From assembly GCA_964458565.1 (NCBI GenBank), contig CAYWJO010000036.1:1-35349 (forward strand): DNA of 35,349 nucleotides, read 5' to 3'. The translations under genes and the position numbers were made by a program. The notes under the pieces are model-generated. The model worked only from the letters and a program-made list of their open reading frames with translations, searched no databases and was not told where the DNA came from. This DNA comes from an uncultured archaeon (GTDB lineage Archaea > Asgardarchaeota > Thorarchaeia > Thorarchaeales > Thorarchaeaceae). This document shows, piece after piece, positions 29,040 to 35,349 of the stretch (position 1 is the stretch's first letter; every line of letters starts with the position of its first letter).

Positions 29040-30314
29040 TCACTTGGCATTTGCAGATATTGTTTCCAACCAAAATGCAAACTCTTCAAATCCCCTTAGA
29101 TCCTGTTCAGAATATCGTTCGAGTAGGTATGAACTATATGCCCCAACCAGAGAGTCAACATATTTCCTCACCTTCTTAACATCAAGTAGACCTACGAACT
29201 GTGCTAGTAATTTCATCCATTCGGAATACAAATCCATAAGTCTCTTAGGATCAAGCCCTTCGTACAAACGTGATTCATAATCTACCCACCAGCGATCATC
29301 AGTATGTTTTATCTCTCCTACTACCTCAGGTACCGAAACCTTTCCTAGCGCAAACTCAAGAACTTTATAGGCATCTGGCGACGAATAAACCTTCTCAGCC
29401 ACTTTTAGTGCAATGTCAAATGCTTCCTTAACCAGCAATATTCTGCGCTTCTCGCTAGAGAGCGCCTCAATTACGTTTACCTCAAGTAGATAATCAATTG
29501 CTTGAATCAAGTCGCGTTCATCATATTGTTCTGACAGTGACTTCACAATGATATCAACTGTTCTTCGACCATCAAAGAGACCTGCGAGTCGAGGAAGGAC
29601 AGATACAATATCAGGATGAAGCCGCTCGAGTTCTATTCTTTCCTGCGATGATGTCTGAAGCAATCTACTGATTCGTGAAGTGGAAATTACAATATCACTT
29701 GTATCAATGAGACTCCTGAAGCTGATTACTCCGATAGCCCATAATCGAGAGATTTCACTGATTACTTCTTCTCGTCGCAAGCCACTCTGCATTATAATAC
29801 CCTCAATAGATCTCATACCATCGATGTATGGTGCAAGAAGAGTTCCACCTTCGATTGATGGAGTTCTGTCGGAGTCTATTGTGAATGGAACCCATTTTGG
29901 AGACACCTCTCTAAAAGACAGATTCTGTATTACTTGATCTCGAAATTCTGTGAAGCTATTGTGAATATCTAAACGATCCTTCTCATTAGTTGAAAGTTTT
30001 GACCATTCAGACTCATATCTGCGTAATAATGAACCTAAAACAGGGGTTATGCTTTCCAACCATGATCCAACACTTACAGACACTAAGTCCAATTGAGTAC
30101 TTGATATAACTGTGAACAATCGGGCACCATAATCTACCTGAAACTCAGAGGCTCCCTTTTCTATCACTTCCCGTGAAAAGGACTGAACTGCAGTGAAAAA
30201 TCCCGATACTAGCATGGGATCAAGATCAGTAGCTTTTGGGTCCAGCTTCATAAGAAACTGAGGAATTCCACCTTTGTCCATAATCAATATTGCTTGGATA
30301 CTGTGCCCCAGCAC
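29040..30314 (-). CDS. NPRL2/Npr2-like protein: longin domain, tandem winged helices, helical C-terminal domain
   Basis: N-terminal ILIMDKGGIP...DPMLVSGFFTAVQSFSREV longin-type pattern; two wHTH units (PYIDGMRSI...LWAIGVI; FDGRRTV...YLLEVNVI); GAGGT SD before GTG. Confidence 0.72.
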   Translation of the reverse strand: MLGHSIQAILIMDKGGIPQFLMKLDPKATDLDPMLVSGFFTAVQSFSREVIEKGASEFQVDYGARLFTVISSTQLDLVSVSVGSWLESITPVLGSLLRRYESEWSKLSTNEKDRLDIHNSFTEFRDQVIQNLSFREVSPKWVPFTIDSDRTPSIEGGTLLAPYIDGMRSIEGIIMQSGLRREEVISEISRLWAIGVISFRSLIDTSDIVISTSRISRLLQTSSQERIELERLHPDIVSVLPRLAGLFDGRRTVDIIVKSLSEQYDERDLIQAIDYLLEVNVIEALSSEKRRILLVKEAFDIALKVAEKVYSSPDAYKVLEFALGKVSVPEVVGEIKHTDDRWWVDYESRLYEGLDPKRLMDLYSEWMKLLAQFVGLLDVKKVRKYVDSLVGAYSSYLLERYSEQDLRGFEEFAFWLETISANAK

Positions 30315-30441
30315 ACGAAGAACCTCACTTGAGGAATAATCTGACTAGTAATAAGCTATACGCCACTTAGGCTGGTTGATAGAATTTAAATCAGTCAGAT
30401 TCGTAGGAGAGACATCATTATATTAACAAGGTTGGAATGAA

Positions 30442-30774
30442 ATGTCGAAAGGGAAGGCAATTGGTATAGTACTTGTTATTGCTATTGTTGCAATAGGTAT
30501 TGTAGCATGGCATGATGGCCTCTTTGGTGTTACTCAAATCAGGGACATCAATCAAGGAGATATTGACGTAGGCACAGCTGTTACAATAAAGGGTGAACTG
30601 ACAGCCAGATTAGGTAATCTTGTCACTGTAAACACAGGCTCGAATTTTGTTGCGTTTCTATGGGAAGGTGAAATACCACCACTGCACTCAATAGTTGTTG
30701 TTCGAGGAACTGTGGAATCATTCATCTCTTTAACTGATGTGACATCGGTTGATGCAGTCTGGATATTTCAGTAA
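30442..30774 (+). CDS. Membrane-anchored OB-fold-like protein
   Basis: N-terminal TM; TQIRDI...GTAVTIKGEL...VVVRGTV OB-fold pattern. Confidence 0.65.
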   Translation: MSKGKAIGIVLVIAIVAIGIVAWHDGLFGVTQIRDINQGDIDVGTAVTIKGELTARLGNLVTVNTGSNFVAFLWEGEIPPLHSIVVVRGTVESFISLTDVTSVDAVWIFQ

Positions 30775-30794
30775 TAGCAATTAAGCACTTCGAG

Positions 30795-30938
30795 ATGGTT
30801 CCAATGTCATGTGAGTCGTGTGGTACAATTGAACGCTATGGCAAGAGAATAGTTGATGGAAAACGACTCTGTATTGATTGTTGGAAGCTAAAAGAGAAAA
30901 AAGATAATGAAAAATCTGATGAGAGTTCGAAAGAATAA
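30795..30938 (+). CDS. 47-aa CxxC/CxxC zinc-finger microprotein (absent from the ORF track)
   Basis: MVPMSCESCGTIERYGKRIVDGKRLCIDCWKLKEKKDNEKSDESSKE*; alternative ATG at 30804. Confidence 0.62.
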   Translation: MVPMSCESCGTIERYGKRIVDGKRLCIDCWKLKEKKDNEKSDESSKE

Positions 30939-31003
30939 CAACAATTATGGATAAAGATTATGTGCTTTCAAACAGAGGGTAATATGAGGGTATTCTAAGG
31001 ACG

Positions 31004-31516
31004 ATGACAGCTGAATCTGAACCGATACCAGAAAATTATGTATTCCCAGCAATATTAGCAATATTCAATTTTGTTGTACTGCTACCAATGGCTTTGAATA
31101 GCATGAGTTATTCCACTGATATTTGGGATTTCATCTTTGTAGGAATTGGATTATATCTCTCATACAAATTCGTTAAGTACACATCACAAGCACATGAATA
31201 TCCACAAACTAGAATGAATCCACAGGATGTTGATGAGATAATAGATCAAGGAATCTATGCAGATGTAAGGCATCCTGTCGCCGCAGGATTACTATATATG
31301 AATATAGCCTATGTTTTCTTGTTTAGAAGCACTGCAATCATTCCGGTTATTCCCATGTTTTTCGCATTGTGGTTTGTGTTTGCTAAGTATGAAGAAAGGA
31401 TTTTGATTGAAAGATTTGGTGATAAATATAGGGAATACATGCAGAGAGTTGGTATGTTTCGTGGAAAGGGTAGTGCGAGTCAAACCAGGCTAGCAGGTAC
31501 TGGATACGAAGTCTAG
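31004..31516 (+). CDS. Isoprenylcysteine carboxyl methyltransferase / PEMT-family membrane protein
   Basis: GIYADVRHP and EERILIERFGDKYREYMQRV motifs with TM helices. Confidence 0.85.
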   Translation: MTAESEPIPENYVFPAILAIFNFVVLLPMALNSMSYSTDIWDFIFVGIGLYLSYKFVKYTSQAHEYPQTRMNPQDVDEIIDQGIYADVRHPVAAGLLYMNIAYVFLFRSTAIIPVIPMFFALWFVFAKYEERILIERFGDKYREYMQRVGMFRGKGSASQTRLAGTGYEV

Positions 31517-31522
31517 GTCAAA

Positions 31523-32185
31523 TCAGCTGGATACTACACTTTCTTCTTGATCAGGTAGTTTAGGTGGAGGTAACGGCATTCTGCCAAAATCACGCCCTAA
31601 GAATTCTACGTAACCCCCAATCTCAGAAAGATTGCCTCCTAGATATTTCAGATTTACAAGTGCAGATTTCTTCTCTCTGGGCATAATAGTTCCAAGTCTC
31701 TGCATTCTGAAAGAGCCGACCTCTATGGCAATACCAGAGGGAGGATTCACACTTACCATAACCATGTCTAATCTCTCAGGACTAATATTCTCAATAGTAA
31801 CTGTAAGTAGATATCCTTCACGTCGTAAAGAAACTAATGATACTACTCGAACACTGTTGGTGATAGATTCACCGGAGCCAACTGCAGATGGTCGAACTTG
31901 AGCATGTTGAGATGGCACCGTTTTTCGTGTCAATCGATGAGATTGACTTGCTATATGCGTACTTCTTTGAGATGTGGGTGATAACAAGCTATCACTAGTC
32001 ATCCATCGTAGTAGACCGGGGATTTCATACATGATATATACAGCACCACTCAGAATCACGCTAATTAGAATGATTGAATTGAGCACAAACAGTCTGAATG
32101 CAGCATTTTGGAGTTGTTCAAGGATAGGATCTAGAAATGGTCCTACTATTGGTCGGATAAGATCGTAAATCTCATTCCAAAACAA
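31523..32185 (-). CDS. Hypothetical single-TM protein with C-terminal Ig-like beta-sandwich
   Basis: TM helix, Ser/Gln linker, LTVTIENISP...LGTIMPREKKSA beta pattern. The frame stays open to 32239, so the start is uncertain. Confidence 0.72.
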   Translation of the reverse strand: MFWNEIYDLIRPIVGPFLDPILEQLQNAAFRLFVLNSIILISVILSGAVYIMYEIPGLLRWMTSDSLLSPTSQRSTHIASQSHRLTRKTVPSQHAQVRPSAVGSGESITNSVRVVSLVSLRREGYLLTVTIENISPERLDMVMVSVNPPSGIAIEVGSFRMQRLGTIMPREKKSALVNLKYLGGNLSEIGGYVEFLGRDFGRMPLPPPKLPDQEESVVSS

Positions 32186-32336
32186 TTCATTGTATTGTAT
32201 GCAGTCTATTACTTCTTTCAGTGTAGGATCCCCTCTGGCTCAATACACTCATGAATATGAATAACATGAGAGGTTATTAACTTTGCATACAATTGGAACC
32301 TACTTGTCTTCTATGGACTCACAGAGTTGACTCAGA

Positions 32337-33020
32337 GTGAAGGAAATTAGAATAGCAGCTGCTGCAGATGTGCACAGTCCAAGATATCTAGAGGAATTTA
32401 GGATTGCACTGTATAAAATAAAGAAACCTAACTTATTCCTTTTCGCAGGAGACATGGTAAATCTCGGAAAAATTTCGGAGTATCAAAGGATTATAGAGAT
32501 GATTGATGTTGAATTTGGCACCGAGATCCCTATCATATCGTGCTTTGGAAACGAGGAATATTCTGAAGGTAGAAATCAAATTCGATCTCTTGTAGGAAAC
32601 AGAATAGAATTCTTAGATGAACAAAGTATTACGATCGAGCTTTATGGAAAATCCCTGGGAATTGTGGGTGCTGCAAATCCGATCACTAGCAGAGATAATC
32701 ATGAAGCGACTGCTGATGACATAAGAGAGATATTTGAGGCACGTGCCAAACGATTATCAAAACTTCTAGAAGAAACTTCAAAAAAAGCTGGATATACTAT
32801 ACTCTTGGTTCATTATAGCCCTCTTCACGAAACCAAACATTCTGATGGATTAGAATCCTTTTCGTGGTGGATTTCGAAAGCAATTCGTGAGAAACAACCA
32901 AACTTGGTTGTCCATGGTCACATTCATACCCCAGATAAGCGAACATCTGTAATCGGAAATACAGAGGTCATCAATGTGGCATTTCCCAACTCATTTGAAT
33001 TGACTGAACTTCTTCTCTAA
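32337..33020 (+). CDS. Calcineurin-like metallophosphoesterase
   Basis: ADVH, AGDMV, FGNEE, VHY, HGHIH motifs. Confidence 0.9.
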   Translation: MKEIRIAAAADVHSPRYLEEFRIALYKIKKPNLFLFAGDMVNLGKISEYQRIIEMIDVEFGTEIPIISCFGNEEYSEGRNQIRSLVGNRIEFLDEQSITIELYGKSLGIVGAANPITSRDNHEATADDIREIFEARAKRLSKLLEETSKKAGYTILLVHYSPLHETKHSDGLESFSWWISKAIREKQPNLVVHGHIHTPDKRTSVIGNTEVINVAFPNSFELTELLL

Positions 33021-33073
33021 GATTATAATTTCATGAAATAGACAAGGGGGAAATCATAACTCGTCGGGTCAAC

Positions 33074-33925
33074 TTATTCATTTTCAAAATGTAATCGCAA
33101 CCAATCCAAAATACCAACCCAACTATTTTTTGGAAAGACTGCATGCCTTGCATCAGGAATTACTTCGAACACCTTCGTATTCGATGGAATCAAATCGAAA
33201 AGTGCTTTGCAAGATTCTACTGAAAACAGCTCATCCTTATCACCAATTGAAACGAGGAAGGGTATGTCTACTGTAGAAGGTAATTCTATCTTATCGAATT
33301 TGATGAGCCGCATAAATCGTAGTGTATAGTAAAATGTGAATAATGGGTCATCAAGCCCGACCATTTCTTCTCGACCATATTCAATGACAGGTCTACTCGG
33401 AAAGAATATCGAAGAAAAGAGTATTTTCAGTTTTGAAATAGCAGAGGGATTCGGACCCACACCATGTTTGAAGCTCGTTCCGGCGCTAAGAAGAATTGCA
33501 CCATCGATTTTGTCAAGACAATTATTGATTGCTGTGACAGATGAAAATACACCTAAACTATGCCCAAGCAGCACCACCTTGGAATGTTTTTCTTTGATGT
33601 ATGAAACTGTTTCTGTGAGATCATTCACAAAAGTATCCCATCCAGGAGAGTCACCTCTGGTTCCATCAGACAAACCATGACCACGCAGATCTAAACCATA
33701 GACGGTAAACCCATGTTGCGATAGTGGTTGCGCAATAAACCGGTATGGTTCACTATGAGCGGTGATTCCATGGAGTATCAGAATAGCGGTTTCACTCACT
33801 TCTTCAGAAGGTGGGAGCCAAATTCGAAGGAAGAGCTGTATACCATCTGATGTTGTTAAAAGATGATATGGATCCGTTAATTGTTCCCTCATCTCATTTA
33901 CGTTAATTGCCATAGTAGGTATCAA
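33074..33925 (-). CDS. Alpha/beta hydrolase (lysophospholipase/monoglyceride lipase family)
   Basis: LHGITAHS, DLRGHGLSDG, GHSLG nucleophile elbow, GDKD, ARH. Confidence 0.9.
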   Translation of the reverse strand: MIPTMAINVNEMREQLTDPYHLLTTSDGIQLFLRIWLPPSEEVSETAILILHGITAHSEPYRFIAQPLSQHGFTVYGLDLRGHGLSDGTRGDSPGWDTFVNDLTETVSYIKEKHSKVVLLGHSLGVFSSVTAINNCLDKIDGAILLSAGTSFKHGVGPNPSAISKLKILFSSIFFPSRPVIEYGREEMVGLDDPLFTFYYTLRFMRLIKFDKIELPSTVDIPFLVSIGDKDELFSVESCKALFDLIPSNTKVFEVIPDARHAVFPKNSWVGILDWLRLHFENE

Positions 33926-33976
33926 GAAGGCATTCCTCGATTAAATACATTCGGATTATATTATCTGTGAAAGGCA

Positions 33977-35347
33977 TTATCTATCAATCTGTGCCAAATC
34001 CATTGCCAGATTCATCTTTTGCTCAATATCTGACATACGGTGAATCATAATCCGTTGCGCTTGAGGGGAACCTGCACCATGCATAGATTCCGTCAAGTAA
34101 CCGACAGCAGCCCTTCCTAATGTTAGGTTCTCAATTAATCGCAACATCTTAATCCGGTTAACTGTATCAATTCCCTGAACTCCGACAAGATATTTTTCAA
34201 CGATACGTTTAGTTTCAGGATTTTCAAGTTCCTTTGCACTCGGACATGTAACGAATAATCCTCCAGCAATATCTTGAAGCAGTCGAGCAATTTCAAATGG
34301 AAATCGCGTCACGTTCTGCTTGCACACATTGGCAAGAAGCATATCAACCAAGTAATTACCTGCATCAGTCTGAACTCCAGAAGCAGAACAGGCAATACCA
34401 CACGAATACAGAGTTTCGTTCAGATGAGTCATTTCCGTGATTTTGTCCCTGATATGGGATGCAGATAATACGCCATTGTATTTTGCGATTGTTGCGGCTG
34501 CTCCTATCAGAACATCTCCAACCCCCACCTTGCAACCGCCATAGCTCTGTCGGTGATATGATGCAAATGTGTCTACAAGACGACTGCAAAAATCAGTTTC
34601 TCCATTCATGAATACACGTTCATGGGGTACAAATACATCTTCGAAAACGACAAGACACTCCTGTCCTCCAAAAAGAGGATTCCCACAATCAATGTCACCA
34701 GCAGTAGACTCATCCAACCTTCTTAGATCACAGGACTGTCTTCCATAGTAGTATGTTATTCCATCAGCATCTGCAGGAACTGCACAACATACTGAATAAG
34801 TACTATCCTCGTTTCGCATTGCCAATGTGGGCATTATTAGATGTTCATGCGAATTGACAGCACCTGTTTGATGAGCCTTAGCACCTCTTATCACAATTCC
34901 ATCTTTTCGCTGTTCAACAATCCTGACATATACATCTGGGTCGGATTGTTCTGATGGACGCTTACTACGGTCACCTTTGGGATCGGTCATACATCCATCA
35001 ATAACCCAATCATTTTCCTCGGCTTGAATAACATATTCTTTGAAATTTCCATGATACACAGAGCCATGCACCTGATCGATTTCATACGTTGTGAGGAAAA
35101 CCGCGTTCAGTGCATCCATCCCAACACAACGCTGAAAACAGGTTCCACACTTTTGTCCTAGAAGACGTTGCATCTTGACCTTAGTTTGAAGGTCATCTGT
35201 ATTTTGATGAAGATGACAGAATCTATTGATGACTTCCCCTGTCAAGGATGACTTGGCAGTCATTAGGGATTGGTAATTTGAATCATGTGCTAAATCGTAA
35301 GTGAGAGCGACTGTGTTGATTGATGCCTTAATTATTGGATGACTCAG
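33977..35347 (-). CDS. abfD: 4-hydroxybutyryl-CoA dehydratase (5'-truncated by window edge)
   Basis: Frame is open to the window end (HPIIKASINTVALTYDLA); CGTCFQRCVGMD and HRQSYGGC Fe-S ligands, MTDPKGDRS, GAKAHQTG, ESMHGAGSPQAQ. Confidence 0.92.
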   Translation of the reverse strand: MSHPIIKASINTVALTYDLAHDSNYQSLMTAKSSLTGEVINRFCHLHQNTDDLQTKVKMQRLLGQKCGTCFQRCVGMDALNAVFLTTYEIDQVHGSVYHGNFKEYVIQAEENDWVIDGCMTDPKGDRSKRPSEQSDPDVYVRIVEQRKDGIVIRGAKAHQTGAVNSHEHLIMPTLAMRNEDSTYSVCCAVPADADGITYYYGRQSCDLRRLDESTAGDIDCGNPLFGGQECLVVFEDVFVPHERVFMNGETDFCSRLVDTFASYHRQSYGGCKVGVGDVLIGAAATIAKYNGVLSASHIRDKITEMTHLNETLYSCGIACSASGVQTDAGNYLVDMLLANVCKQNVTRFPFEIARLLQDIAGGLFVTCPSAKELENPETKRIVEKYLVGVQGIDTVNRIKMLRLIENLTLGRAAVGYLTESMHGAGSPQAQRIMIHRMSDIEQKMNLAMDLAQIDR

Positions 35348-35349
35348 AC

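Noticed and set aside
32186-32251. TGA readthrough upstream of 31523..32185
   Set aside because: Only two codons precede the TGA before another stop; an alternative start (for example CTG at 32221 after AGAGGGG) is simpler.
1613-34589. Numerous short antisense or alternative-frame ORFs in the track (e.g. 5654..6079, 9886..10185, 14930..15202, 17465..17878, 27189..27551)
   Set aside because: They overlap well-supported genes and show shadow-ORF composition with no motifs.

Overview
Gene-dense archaeal chromosomal window, most likely from an Asgard archaeon such as Thorarchaeia. This is inferred from a Rab-like small GTPase next to a longin-domain protein, 22-residue IDLxPL-type LRRs, small TPR proteins, Thr-stalked surface proteins and frequent GTG/TTG starts. 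The left part is metabolic: the end of an oligopeptide ABC operon, threonine aldolase, a methylmalonyl-CoA mutase/MeaB/epimerase operon bracketed by two 90-aa TPR paralogs, a HAD hydrolase and a two-subunit CoA-transferase. The middle holds membrane proteins, an MFS transporter, a VAO/PCMH-type flavoprotein paired with a CCG Fe-S protein, an LRR protein and two convergent beta-propeller surface proteins. The right part has a minus-strand cluster of an NPRL2 (GATOR1)-like longin/winged-helix protein, a small helical protein and a Rab-like GTPase, then an ICMT-family protein, hydrolases and 4-hydroxybutyryl-CoA dehydratase. The two most notable signals are the GATOR1-like GTPase module and a diverged orphan copy of the last 18 codons plus hairpin of the Fe-S gene, a probable gene-replacement scar. 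No tRNA, rRNA, CRISPR array, transposase or integrase was recognised. All family calls come from motif recognition by eye, not database searches.
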